A stretch of DNA of 64,000 nucleotides from Alphaproteobacteria bacterium. Lineage in GTDB: Bacteria; Pseudomonadota; Alphaproteobacteria; Bin95. Below the pieces are notes generated by a model that saw nothing but the letters and a program-made list of their open reading frames with translations, was not told where the DNA came from and did not search any database. The position numbers and the translations under genes were made by a program. Positions 32,943 through 42,717 of the stretch are shown here, piece after piece (position 1 is the first letter of the stretch; every line of letters begins with the position of its first letter). Where the stretch lies: contig CAXXWS020000004.1 in the NCBI GenBank assembly GCA_963665325.3, positions 288,001-352,000 on the forward strand. The letters are read 5' to 3'.

Positions 32943-33316
32943 AGCAGCACGCGCGCGATCCGGGCGCCAGCAAGGAATGCCAGCACGCCGAGCGCAACCG
33001 AGCCCGCGGTATAGAACGCCGCCCCGGCCCACTCGCCCCGCCCCGCCAGTCCAACCGCGTCCAGCGTGTAGGCGGAGAAGGTGGTGAAGCCGCCGAGAAA
33101 GCCGACGGTAAGGAACGTCCGGAGCTCCGCCGAAAGCGAGAGTCCCTGCGCCAGCAGAGCCGCCACCAACCCCATCGCCAGCGAGCCCAGAACGTTCACG
33201 ACCATCGTGCCTACCGGGAAGCCCGCGCCGAGCAGCCGCGTCACCTGAACCACCATGAGCCAGCGTGCGAGCGCGCCCAGCGCCCCGCCCGCGGCGACCG
33301 CCAGCCAGAGGCTCAT
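32939..33316 (-). CDS. crcB: Fluoride efflux channel CrcB/FluC
   Basis: GGALGALAR, FPVGTMVVNVLGS, GFLGGFTTFS. Confidence 0.95.
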   Translation of the reverse strand: MSLWLAVAAGGALGALARWLMVVQVTRLLGAGFPVGTMVVNVLGSLAMGLVAALLAQGLSLSAELRTFLTVGFLGGFTTFSAYTLDAVGLAGRGEWAGAAFYTAGSVALGVLAFLAGARIARVLL

Positions 33317-34602
33317 CCCTGCCGTCTCCGGTCCCATGCGGCCAGACGCTCCGCGATGTCGGCCTCCGCGCCGCGGCCGTCGGGGCGGTAGAACTGTTGC
33401 CGTGCCATACCGTCCGGGAAGTAGTTGTGGCCGGCGAAGGCGTCTGGGGCGTTGTGGTCGTAGGAGTAGCCCTCGCCGTAGCCGAGGTCCTTCATCAGCC
33501 GGGTCGGCGCGTTCAGGCTGTGCATCGGCGGGGTGAGCGAGCCGGTCTCCCGTGCGGCGCGCATGGCCTCGCCAAAGGCTGCATAGGCAGCGTTCGACTT
33601 GGGCGCCGTCGCCAGATGCAGCACGGTCTGGGCGAGCGCGAGTTCGCCTTCCGGGCTGCCGAGGCGCTCATATGCTTCCCAGCCGGCAAGCGCTGAGGGC
33701 AAGGCCGCCGGGTCAGCCAGGCCCACATCCTCCGAAGCGAAGCGGACCAGCCGGCGCGCGATGTAGCGGGGGTCCTCGCCGCCGTCGAGCATCCGCGCGA
33801 GCCAGTAGAGCGCGGCATCCGGGTCCGACCCGCGCAGCGATTTGTGCAGCGCGCTGATGAGGTTGTAGTGGCCCTCGCGGTCCTTGTCGTAAACCGGCGC
33901 GCGCCGCTGGGCGACGCGGGCGAGGCCGGCCGTGTCGAGAACAGGCCCGCCGGCGATTTCGTCGGCGAGGTTGAGCAGGTAGCGCCCGTCGCCGTCGGCC
34001 AGCGCCTTGAGCGCCGTGCGCGCGCCTTCGTCAAGCGGCATCGGTGCGCCGAGTTCAGCCTCCGCGCGCTGCAACAGGGTCTCCAGGCCGTCCTCGTCCA
34101 GCCGGCGCAGCACCAGCACCTGGGCTCGGGAGAGCAATGCCGCATTCAACTCGAAGGAGGGGTTCTCTGTCGTGGCGCCGACCAGTACCACCGTGCCGGT
34201 CTCGACCCAGGGCAGGAAGCCGTCCTGCTGGGCGCGGTTGAAGCGGTGGATTTCGTCCACGAACAGCAGGGTGCCCCGGCCCGTCTCCCGCCGCTGCTCG
34301 GCCTCGGCGAAGATCTTGCGCAGGTCGGCCACGCCCGAGAAGACGGCCGAAAGCGCGGTGAAATGCAGGTTCGCTGCACCGGACAGCAGGCGCGCAATCG
34401 TCGTCTTGCCGCAGCCGGGAGGGCCCCAGAAGACGAGCGAGGCGAGCCGTCCGGCCGCCAGCATCCGTCCGACCGGGCCGTCCGGCCCAAGCACATGGTC
34501 CTGGCCGACGACCTCATCCAGCGACGCCGGGCGGAGCCGGTCGGCCAAAGGCCGGGGCGCCTCGTCGGTGAGCCCTGCCGCCTGGAAAAGCGAATCGGTC
34601 AT
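33313..34602 (-). CDS. rarA: Replication-associated recombination protein A
   Basis: PLADRLRP, WGPPGCGKTT, FVDEIHRFN, ATTENPSF, ISALHKSLRGSD, APKSN. Confidence 0.96.
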   Translation of the reverse strand: MTDSLFQAAGLTDEAPRPLADRLRPASLDEVVGQDHVLGPDGPVGRMLAAGRLASLVFWGPPGCGKTTIARLLSGAANLHFTALSAVFSGVADLRKIFAEAEQRRETGRGTLLFVDEIHRFNRAQQDGFLPWVETGTVVLVGATTENPSFELNAALLSRAQVLVLRRLDEDGLETLLQRAEAELGAPMPLDEGARTALKALADGDGRYLLNLADEIAGGPVLDTAGLARVAQRRAPVYDKDREGHYNLISALHKSLRGSDPDAALYWLARMLDGGEDPRYIARRLVRFASEDVGLADPAALPSALAGWEAYERLGSPEGELALAQTVLHLATAPKSNAAYAAFGEAMRAARETGSLTPPMHSLNAPTRLMKDLGYGEGYSYDHNAPDAFAGHNYFPDGMARQQFYRPDGRGAEADIAERLAAWDRRRQG

Positions 34603-36017
34603 CTGAACACCGTGGTCAGCGAACGGCCGTTGCGCCAGATCGAGATGCGCCAGGGACGCTCGCCGGCCTGCAGAACGGCCTCCGCATCGGCCGTACTCCG
34701 CGGTTCATGCCTGTCTATGCTGCGGAGCAGGTCCCCCGGCCGGAAGCCGTGGCGTGCGGCCGGCGAGCCGTGCACGATATCGACGATCGCCACGCCGGCA
34801 TCGGGCCCGTTGAAGCCGAATTCCTCAATGACCGCCGGGGACAGGTTGACGATCTCGGCTCCGGCGAGCGGGTGCCGTCCCGTCAGCCGTTTCAGATCGC
34901 GCGGCGGTTTCTCCGGCGGCAACTCCACCGGGACGGAAAGGGTCGTCTCCTCGCCGCGTCGGAGGATGCCGAACCCGGCCTTGCCTCCCGGCCCGAGCGT
35001 GGTCATGCGGAAGCGCAGTGCCGCCCTGTCGAGCACCGGGTGCCCGTCTATTGACAGGATCACATCGCCCCGGGCCCCGCCGGCGCGTGCAAACGGTCCG
35101 TCGGCGCGCATGCTCTTGACCAGCAGTCCGCCCGGCCGGGAAAGGCCGAGTGCCTCGGCGAGGTCGGTCGTCACGGGCTGGCTCTCGATGCCGAGCCAGG
35201 GGCGAACCACGCGTCCGCCGTGCCGGGCGCTTTCGACCATGACACGCACCAGGTTGGACGGGATGGCGAAGCCGACGCCGTGCGAACCGCCGCTGCGTGA
35301 GAAGATTGCCGTGTTCACGCCGATCACCTCGCCGCTGAGATTGACCAGCGCGCCGCCGGAATTGCCGGGATTGATCGCGGCGTCCGTCTGGATGAAATAG
35401 CCGGGGCCGCGGACCGAGGGACCCGTGCGCGCGAGCGCCGAGACGATGCCGGAAGTGACCGTCTGGCCGACGCCGAAGGGATTGCCGATCGCCAGCACGA
35501 GATCGCCGACCTCGAGGTCGTCGGAATCTCCCAGAACCGCCGGCGGGAGCGTTTCGCCGTCAAGCCCGGCCCGGAGCAGGGCCAAATCGCTGCGCTCGTC
35601 CGACACCAGCACCTGCGCCGGAAACTCGCGCCGGTCGGCCAGCACGACCTTGATCGCGCCGGCATTCTCGACGACGTGATGGTTGGTCACGATCAGGCCG
35701 TCCGCACCGACGACCACGCCGGAGCCGAGCGAGTTCTGCGCCCGCTGCCGCCGCCGGTCGCCGAAATCGAAGAAACGGCGGAAAAACGGGTCGTCGAGGA
35801 ACGGAAAGCCGGAAAAGGGAGTCCTGCGCTCTACACGCCGTCCGGAAGCGAAGATATTGACAACCGCCGGCCGAACGGAGCGCACCACCGGAGCGAAGGA
35901 GAGCCGCACCTGCCCGGCCGAGTCCGGCACGGCGACCGGGGGCTCGTGCGCGTTTGCCGGCTGGACGGCCAGCAGCATCGCCGCCAGAACCCATGGCATG
36001 AACGTCGGACGGCGCAT
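34599..36017 (-). CDS. Do/DegQ-family serine endoprotease with two PDZ domains
   Basis: SLGSGVVV, TNHHV, IGNPFGVG, IQTDAAINPGNSGG; signal peptide from ATG 36017. Confidence 0.93.
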   Translation of the reverse strand: MRRPTFMPWVLAAMLLAVQPANAHEPPVAVPDSAGQVRLSFAPVVRSVRPAVVNIFASGRRVERRTPFSGFPFLDDPFFRRFFDFGDRRRQRAQNSLGSGVVVGADGLIVTNHHVVENAGAIKVVLADRREFPAQVLVSDERSDLALLRAGLDGETLPPAVLGDSDDLEVGDLVLAIGNPFGVGQTVTSGIVSALARTGPSVRGPGYFIQTDAAINPGNSGGALVNLSGEVIGVNTAIFSRSGGSHGVGFAIPSNLVRVMVESARHGGRVVRPWLGIESQPVTTDLAEALGLSRPGGLLVKSMRADGPFARAGGARGDVILSIDGHPVLDRAALRFRMTTLGPGGKAGFGILRRGEETTLSVPVELPPEKPPRDLKRLTGRHPLAGAEIVNLSPAVIEEFGFNGPDAGVAIVDIVHGSPAARHGFRPGDLLRSIDRHEPRSTADAEAVLQAGERPWRISIWRNGRSLTTVFR

Positions 36018-36022
36018 ACGGG

Positions 36023-36244
36023 CTATTGCAGCGCGTGCAATTCCTCGTCGGTGGGAAAGCGCCCCAAAGCCTTCTTGGAGAACAGCATCGCGCCGTCCCG
36101 CCGGATTTCGAAAACGCCGCCTCCGCCCTTGACCAGTTCGACGGCAAGGCCTGTATTCGCCTGCAATATGTCCCTCGCACGGAGGGCGCGCGGCTCGTAG
36201 TTTCAAGCCACGCAATATTCGATGGACAGCGTCCGCTCGGACAT
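36023..36244 (-). CDS. SelW/SelT/Rdx-family selenoprotein (in-frame TGA at 36203-36205 read as Sec)
   Basis: [75 protein letters not shown]; Rdx motifs on both sides of the TGA. Confidence 0.85.
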
Positions 36245-36279
36245 GGGGGTTGCGCCTCCTCGCGAGGGATGTGCCGGCA

Positions 36280-36354
36280 TGGTGACCCCAACGGGGATCG
36301 AACCCGTGTCTCCACCTTGAAAGGGTGGTGTCCTAACCTCTAGACGATGGGGTC
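36280..36354 (-). tRNA. tRNA-Glu(TTC)
   Basis: Reverse complement GACCCCATCGTCTAGAGGTTAGGACACCACCCTTTCAAGGTGG...GGTTCGATCCC...GGGGTCACCA. Confidence 0.96.
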
Positions 36355-36538
36355 TCGCCAAGGCGGGCGGGATACCCCGTCCCGCCCGCCTTGGCAAGCG
36401 CGCTCGACTCCCCGGCGGAGTGGAGCCTTGGGGGCCGACCGTTCGCTACAAATGATTCGACCAGGACCGGGCCGAGGATTGGACGGTGCGTCCGCTTCGT
36501 GCCATGAGGAGGATGGAACAGGCAAGGAGTTGCACCGC

Positions 36539-37321
36539 ATGGCCCTGATCGCCAACCGCACCAAGGAGAAGCTCGCGGCAGGGGAGCTTGCGCTCGGTCT
36601 CGGCCTGCGCCTCGCCCGCATGCCGGAGATCGCGAAGATCGCCGCGGTCTGCGGCTACGATTGGCTGTTCGTGGATCTGGAGCATGGCGCGTTCTCGATC
36701 GATACAGCGGCCCAGATCTGCGCGGCGGCGCTGGACGCGGGCATTTCGCCGATTCCGCGCGCATCGGCGCATGAGCATTTCCACGCGACCCGGCTTTTGG
36801 ATGCCGGCGCGCAGGGCATCGTCGTGCCGCATGTGGACAATGTTGCCCAGGCCGAGGCCGTGCGCGACAACTGCCTCTACCCGCCGGTCGGCAAGCGCTC
36901 TGTCGCCGGCGGCATGGCGCAGCTCGAATATGAAGCCCTGCCGACGGGCGAGGCCGCGCGGCTCATCAACGGCGCAACGCTCACCGTGGTGATGATCGAG
37001 ACGGCGGAGGCGGTTGCCGCAGCGGACGCCATCGCGGCCGTCGAGGGCATCGACGCCCTGCTGATCGGCACCAACGACCTCTGCGCCACGATGGGCATAC
37101 CCGGGCAATTCGGGCATGACCGCGTCACCGATGCCTACGACCGGGTGGTCTCGGCGGCGCGCAACAACGGCAAGCATGCCGGCATGGGCGGCGTCTATGA
37201 CGAGGAGCTGGCGGGGCGCTATATCGGCATGGGCGCGCGGCTGGTGCTTGCCGGCAACGATCTGCCGTTGCTCATGGGCGCCGCCAGGGCGCGGTCGGAC
37301 TTTCTGCGCCGGCTGGTCTGA
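36539..37321 (+). CDS. HpcH/HpaI aldolase family protein
   Basis: YDWLFVDLEHG, LLDAGAQGIVVPHV, YPPVGKRS, VMIET, IGTNDL. Confidence 0.9.
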   Translation: MALIANRTKEKLAAGELALGLGLRLARMPEIAKIAAVCGYDWLFVDLEHGAFSIDTAAQICAAALDAGISPIPRASAHEHFHATRLLDAGAQGIVVPHVDNVAQAEAVRDNCLYPPVGKRSVAGGMAQLEYEALPTGEAARLINGATLTVVMIETAEAVAAADAIAAVEGIDALLIGTNDLCATMGIPGQFGHDRVTDAYDRVVSAARNNGKHAGMGGVYDEELAGRYIGMGARLVLAGNDLPLLMGAARARSDFLRRLV

Positions 37322-37337
37322 CGGGCGCCGGGCGGCG

Positions 37338-37805
37338 TCAGTCGAAGCTCGTGCCCGTGGCGCCGCCCCGGCCGAGCTTGTAGGTGACGACGCCGCGGGC
37401 GATCTTGCGCCCGTCATCGTCCGTCACCAGCACGTCCACGACGGTGAGCGACCCGCCCCGTCGCAGCACGACCGCCTCCGCCGCCAGGCCGCGGCCCTTC
37501 AGCCCCGGCGAGAGGTAGTTGACGGTGAAGCCGACGGTTGCCCCCTTGGTCGCCTCGACCACGGACGGGCTCGTCCAGGCGGCCGCGGTGGCGGCCGTGT
37601 CGATCAGGGACGCCGTCGCGCCGCCGTGATAGATGCCGGCGCCGTTGCCGAGTTCGGGCTGCCAGGGCAGACGGACGACGGCGCGGTCTGGTTCGAGGAC
37701 CGCCAGTTCCATGCCGAGATACACGCCGTACGGCCCGCGCACGATAGCGTCGCGGATGCGCTGCTCGCCGACCGGGCTAGGGCCTTCTTGCGCGGTACCG
37801 CTCAC
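37338..37805 (-). CDS. PaaI-family thioesterase
   Basis: NGAGIYHGGATASLIDTA, TVNYLSP. Confidence 0.85.
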   Translation of the reverse strand: MSGTAQEGPSPVGEQRIRDAIVRGPYGVYLGMELAVLEPDRAVVRLPWQPELGNGAGIYHGGATASLIDTAATAAAWTSPSVVEATKGATVGFTVNYLSPGLKGRGLAAEAVVLRRGGSLTVVDVLVTDDDGRKIARGVVTYKLGRGGATGTSFD

Positions 37806-38506
37806 CAGGGTTCCCCGAAGGGCCGGATTTCGACATTGAACGACCAGGTCGACCGGTCCTGGTGGGCGATGCGGAAGACCTCTTCGCCGATGGCGTCCGG
37901 CTTGATGTAGAAATCGTCCGGCTTGCCCGGATGGCGCCGCCGGGTCCAGCGCAGGTCGATCACCGCGTCGATGACGATATAGGCGACATGCACGCCTTTC
38001 GGCCCGAGTTCGCGCGCCATCGATTCGGCCAGGATGCGCTGCGCCGCCTTGGTCGGCGCAAAGCCGGAGAAGCGTGGAATGCCCCGCCAGGTCGATGTGT
38101 TGCCGGTCACCATGAGCGCGCCCTCGCCGCGTGCGATCATCGCGGGCGCGGTCAGTTGCGCCAGATAGAGCAGACTCATCGTGTTGACCTGGAAATTGGC
38201 CTGGATATCCGCCGGGTCCATCTCGAGGAAGCTGTCCCAGCTCCCCCGCGCGGCATTGTGGACGACGACATGCGGATCGTCCCCGAGTTCTGTCCGGACG
38301 CGCTCCAGCGTGCTCGCAAGCGCCTCCGGATCGGTAATGTCGCAGGGAAATGCCGACGTGCCGGGGACCGTTTCCTCGAATTCCCGCAGCCGCGATTCGG
38401 AACGCGCGAGCATCGCCACGCGGTAGCCGCCGGCTGCGAACCGCCTGACCGTGGAACCGCCGGTGCCGCGCCCGACACCCGCCACCAATGCGATCTTTTC
38501 TGCCAT
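37802..38506 (-). CDS. Short-chain dehydrogenase/reductase
   Basis: ALVAGVGRGTG, VHNAA, KAAQRILAESMARELGPKGVHVAY. Confidence 0.9.
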   Translation of the reverse strand: MAEKIALVAGVGRGTGGSTVRRFAAGGYRVAMLARSESRLREFEETVPGTSAFPCDITDPEALASTLERVRTELGDDPHVVVHNAARGSWDSFLEMDPADIQANFQVNTMSLLYLAQLTAPAMIARGEGALMVTGNTSTWRGIPRFSGFAPTKAAQRILAESMARELGPKGVHVAYIVIDAVIDLRWTRRRHPGKPDDFYIKPDAIGEEVFRIAHQDRSTWSFNVEIRPFGEPW

Positions 38507-38535
38507 CCATATCCCTCCCTTGAGTCCCTTGTCGT

Positions 38536-39771
38536 TCAGGCCGTCCGGACCAGCGCAGGCGCCGCGCCCCCCGCCCTGCGCATGGCCGCCGCGCGGCGCA
38601 GCAGGAACGCCGCAATTGCCAGATGCGCGATGTTGACCGCGACCGCGCCGAGAAAGGCAACCCGGTAACTGCCGGTGAGATCGTGTATCGCGCCTGCGAG
38701 CCAGGCCCCCACAGCCATGCCGAGCATGGTGAACAGCAGCGTCAGCCCGATACGTCCGCCTGCCTGTCGGGCTGGAAAATACTCCCGGACAATGATTGCA
38801 TAAGACGGCACGATACCGCCCTGCGACAGGCCGAACAGCGCCGCGACGACCAGGAGCGCGATACGCCCGTCGGCCGGCAGGAACAGCAGCAGCGCCACCG
38901 TCTGGCCGGCCGAGCCGAGTGCCAGAATACGCAACCCGCCGATGCGGTCCGATATCCAGCCGGAGGCGAGCCGGCTCACAATGCCGAACCCGTACATCAG
39001 CGACAGCATCAGCGCGCCGTCGGCCGGGCGGAGGCCGATATCGTCCGCCATGGCAACCGCGTGGACCTGCGGGGCGGCCATCGCGATGCAGCAGCCCAGC
39101 CCGGCGCAGCACAGAAGCGCCTGTAGCACCGGCGCCCGCATTCCGAGCGGCCGGGCCGACCCTGCCGCCGCCAGCGGCCCCGTCAACACGGTGCGGGGCG
39201 CAGGACGGTGCAGCACGAGCGCCAGCAGCGGCAGCGTAACCAATGTCAGGGCCCCGAGGGCGAGATACATGTCGCGCCACCCATAGGCGTGCACCACGGC
39301 TTCGAGCGTCGGCGGCCAGACCATGCCGGAGACGTATGCCCCGCTGATGACCATGCCGACCGCAAGGCCGCGCCGCCGCTCAAACCAGAGCGAAACATCG
39401 GCGACCATCGGCCCCATGGTGGTCGAGGCGCCCATCAGGCCGATCAGCAGCCCGTGGGCCACGACCGCCTGCCATAGTTCGACAGCGTGCCCGGCAATCC
39501 AGAAACCGAGGCCGATCGTGAGTCCGCCGGCAAACGCGACCCGCATCGCGCCCAGCCGGTCGGCGAAGCGGCCCATCCAGAAGCTGCCGAGGCCGAACCC
39601 GACCATGAACCCCATGTAGGGCAGCGTCGCCGCGCCCCGCGAGACGTCGAACGCCTCCTGCATGGGCTTGAGGGCGACCGTGCCGGCGAACATGCCCGCG
39701 GTGCCGACGACCATGATGAGGAAAGCCGCCGCCGCCCGGACCGCGGGATAATAGGACGCGCTGCCCGCCAT
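38536..39771 (-). CDS. MFS transporter
   Basis: GRFADRLG, WFERRRGLAVG, GWISDRIGG. Confidence 0.88.
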   Translation of the reverse strand: MAGSASYYPAVRAAAAFLIMVVGTAGMFAGTVALKPMQEAFDVSRGAATLPYMGFMVGFGLGSFWMGRFADRLGAMRVAFAGGLTIGLGFWIAGHAVELWQAVVAHGLLIGLMGASTTMGPMVADVSLWFERRRGLAVGMVISGAYVSGMVWPPTLEAVVHAYGWRDMYLALGALTLVTLPLLALVLHRPAPRTVLTGPLAAAGSARPLGMRAPVLQALLCCAGLGCCIAMAAPQVHAVAMADDIGLRPADGALMLSLMYGFGIVSRLASGWISDRIGGLRILALGSAGQTVALLLFLPADGRIALLVVAALFGLSQGGIVPSYAIIVREYFPARQAGGRIGLTLLFTMLGMAVGAWLAGAIHDLTGSYRVAFLGAVAVNIAHLAIAAFLLRRAAAMRRAGGAAPALVRTA

Positions 39772-39808
39772 GCCGCCGCTCCGCGTGGCCCCCCGCCGTT
39801 CCCGTGCC

Positions 39809-41116
39809 TCAGGCCGGCCTGCTGCGAGCGGCCTTCGCATCCTGGCGGCGAAAGCGCAGCAGCATGGCGCGGGCGATCGGCACGGCCAGGCGGTTCGCCG
39901 GCACCGAATGCGGCCGGCGCAGCGCCGTCGGCACGGGATCGTCGGCCTGCAACCCTTCGAGACAGCGCCCGGCCAGCAGACGGCCCATCGCCGTGGCCAG
40001 CGCGACGCCGCGCCCGTTATAGCCGAGCGCAGTCCAGACGCCCGGCCCGAGCTCCATGGCGCGCGGCAGGCGGTCCACGGTCATCGCGACCTTGCCGTCC
40101 CACACGAACTCGAATTCGGCCTCGCCGAGCTCCGGGAAGGCGGCCTGCAGGCGCCGCCGCGCGACCGCTTCCGTGCGTCCGCGCGCACGCCAGGGCAGCA
40201 CGATGTCGCCGCCCATGACCATGCGGCCCTCCCGGTCCCAGCGGAAGGCCCAGAGGAGCGTGCGGCTGTCCGAGACGCTGCAGTCGCCGGGCAGGATCTG
40301 CCGGCGCACATTGCCGCCCTGCGGCGCCGTGGCGGCAAGAAACAGCCGGAACGGGACGACCGCCCGCCGCAATCCCGGCCAGAGCCCGCCGGTGTAGCCG
40401 TTGGTCGCCAGCACAACCTGGTCCGCCGTTACCGCGCCGCCGGGCGTCTCGATGCGCCAGCGCCCGCCCGACCGCGAGAGAGCCGTTGCGGGCGAGCGGG
40501 CATGGACCGCCGCGCCGGCGTCGATGGCCGCCTTTGCCAGGCCGCGTGCATAGGCGAGGGGCTGGATATTGCCGCCCCAGGCGTGATGGAGTGCGCCCTG
40601 CCAGTAGCGGCTGCCGGTCATGGCTTCGGTCTCGTCCCGCTCCAGGTAGCGAACCGGCATGCCGCGCGCCGCCCAAGCCTCGGCGCGCGCCCGCACCATG
40701 CCGTCGCGCGCCGGGCTGTCCACCGGCAGCAGCCAGCCGACCGGCCGCGCATCGCAGTCGATGTCGAGGCGGTCGATCAGTTCGAACACGAGCCGCGCCG
40801 ACTCGGCCACGAACCGGTTGAACCGCTCGCCCTCCTCGGGGCCGAACCGCGCAATCGTCTCTTCCGGCCCGTAGCGGGACAGCATCGGCACCACCTGGCC
40901 GTGGTTGCGTCCGGAAGCCCCGAAACCCGGGTCCTCGGCCTCCAGCACCACGGTGCGCGCGCCCGCCTCCGCCAGATGCAGGGCGGTGGAAAGGCCGGTA
41001 AAGCCGCCGCCGACGACACAGACATCCGCCTCGTATTCGCCTTCCAGCATGGGCGTCGGCGGCGCCGGCGGAGCCGTTGCCTGCCAGAGGACGGAAGCAG
41101 GATCGGATGTGTTCAT
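39809..41116 (-). CDS. FAD-dependent oxidoreductase (DAO/PuuB-like)
   Basis: VVGGGFTGLSTALHLAE, GASGRNHG, LATNGY, GYNGRGVA. Confidence 0.9.
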   Translation of the reverse strand: MNTSDPASVLWQATAPPAPPTPMLEGEYEADVCVVGGGFTGLSTALHLAEAGARTVVLEAEDPGFGASGRNHGQVVPMLSRYGPEETIARFGPEEGERFNRFVAESARLVFELIDRLDIDCDARPVGWLLPVDSPARDGMVRARAEAWAARGMPVRYLERDETEAMTGSRYWQGALHHAWGGNIQPLAYARGLAKAAIDAGAAVHARSPATALSRSGGRWRIETPGGAVTADQVVLATNGYTGGLWPGLRRAVVPFRLFLAATAPQGGNVRRQILPGDCSVSDSRTLLWAFRWDREGRMVMGGDIVLPWRARGRTEAVARRRLQAAFPELGEAEFEFVWDGKVAMTVDRLPRAMELGPGVWTALGYNGRGVALATAMGRLLAGRCLEGLQADDPVPTALRRPHSVPANRLAVPIARAMLLRFRRQDAKAARSRPA

Positions 41117-41128
41117 TGCGCCTGTCCT

Positions 41129-42133
41129 TCAGCAACGCGGTCCGGCGGCAAGCGCGCGGGGCAGCGCCTCTTCCGCGAACAGGCGCATCGACCTCTCGAC
41201 GGCATCGGGCGCAAGACCGCCGAAATTTTGCAACGTCAACACATGGCCAAGGCCCCAGCCGGCGAGCATGCGCAGCTTCTCCGCCACGGTTTTGACCGAG
41301 CCCATGAGCGAGAGGCCGGACGCCATGATGTCGTCCCAGGTCTGCCGGCGCGCATAGAGCCTGGTCGCGACATAGAGCTCGAACGCCTCGGCCGCCATCT
41401 CCTGGGCTTCCTCGTCGGTTTCCGCAACGAAAGTGTGGAAAGCGAAGGCCGCCGCATCCCCCGCAGCATCCAGCCCCGCTTCCGCCCTCCCCTCGGCAAA
41501 GGACCGGAACAGGGTGCCGACATCGTCCATGCCGGCGACGGATGCGTAGGGCACGCAGAATATGGAGTTCCCGGCCTTCCCCACATGCCAGGCAGCCTCC
41601 GGGCGCAGCACCGCCACATGGATCGGCACCGGGCGCTGCACCGGCGCAACATTCAGCGCGACGCCGTCGATCTTGTGGTAGCGCCCGTCAAAGTCGACCG
41701 GCTCGCCCGAGAGCGCCAGCCGCAGCACCTCGAGCGCCTCGTCGAAGCGGTCGCGCTTCTCCTGCGGAAGGACGCCGAATCCTTCGAATTCGTGCGCGAG
41801 ATAGCCGGAGCCCACGCCCAGCACCAACCGTCCGCCGGAGAGCATGTCGACCATGGCGTAGCTCTCTGCGACCGTCAGCGGATTGCGGAACGGCAGCACC
41901 GAGATCGCCGTGCCGAGCCGGATGCGGGACGTCTTTGCGGCCATGGCGGTCAGCAGGACGGCCGGGTCCGGCACAGCGCCATATTCGTGGAAGTGATGCT
42001 CGGCGGTGAAAAATGCCTCATAGCCGAGGTTTTCCGCGAGCACGCACTGGCCGATGACTTCGTCATAGAGACCGGCGACCGAGCGCGGGCGGCCCGGATA
42101 GTGGTCGCCTATGGAGAGGATCGAGTAGCGCAT
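41129..42133 (-). CDS. LLM-class (luciferase-like) flavin-dependent monooxygenase
   Basis: AEHHF, TSRIRLGTA, DMLSGGRLVLGVGSGY. Confidence 0.9.
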   Translation of the reverse strand: MRYSILSIGDHYPGRPRSVAGLYDEVIGQCVLAENLGYEAFFTAEHHFHEYGAVPDPAVLLTAMAAKTSRIRLGTAISVLPFRNPLTVAESYAMVDMLSGGRLVLGVGSGYLAHEFEGFGVLPQEKRDRFDEALEVLRLALSGEPVDFDGRYHKIDGVALNVAPVQRPVPIHVAVLRPEAAWHVGKAGNSIFCVPYASVAGMDDVGTLFRSFAEGRAEAGLDAAGDAAAFAFHTFVAETDEEAQEMAAEAFELYVATRLYARRQTWDDIMASGLSLMGSVKTVAEKLRMLAGWGLGHVLTLQNFGGLAPDAVERSMRLFAEEALPRALAAGPRC

Positions 42134-42717
42134 GGCGCGCGAGTATAAGCAGCCCAGGCCGCGCCGTCGTCAACGTCCGCCAGCCGGTCGGCGAGCGCCG
42201 CAGGGAACGGCAGCTGCGCCAGCGCATCGGCGAGCGTCTCGGGATGCGACCAGCGAACCGGGCCGGCGAAAAGGCGCGTGCGCCGCCTGACGCCGACGAG
42301 CCAGAAACCGCCGTCCTCCGCGGGGCCGAACACAGCCCGCGCCCCGCAGAGCCGGCGGAAGGCGCGCGCGACATGCCGCGCTCGCAGGCCGGGAATGTCG
42401 CTGCCGACCAGCACCGCCGGCAGGGCGACGCGGGCGAGCGCCCGATCCATCCGCGCCCCGATGTCACCGCTGCCCTGCCCGAAGCGCCCGAGCTTTCGCG
42501 GCCAGGGGCCGCGTGCGCGGTCGGGCGTTACCGCGAGCACCACCCGCCAGCGCCTGTCCACCGCCAGCCGGCGCAATTGTTCCGCTGTCGTGCGCCGGTA
42601 GAAGGCGGCGGCGCGCGCGGGCCCGATGGCGGCCGCCAGCCGCGTCTTGACGGCGCCGAGCCGGGCCTCGCGCACCATCACGACCACTGTGCCGCGCCGC
42701 ATCCCGCAGGACCTCAT
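42109..42717 (-). CDS. DUF2064 / TIGR04282-family glycosyltransferase-like protein
   Basis: GAVKTRLA, QGSGDIGARM, LVGSDIP, GPAEDGGFWLVG, LADVD. Confidence 0.85.
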   Translation of the reverse strand: MRSCGMRRGTVVVMVREARLGAVKTRLAAAIGPARAAAFYRRTTAEQLRRLAVDRRWRVVLAVTPDRARGPWPRKLGRFGQGSGDIGARMDRALARVALPAVLVGSDIPGLRARHVARAFRRLCGARAVFGPAEDGGFWLVGVRRRTRLFAGPVRWSHPETLADALAQLPFPAALADRLADVDDGAAWAAYTRAPCATRSSP

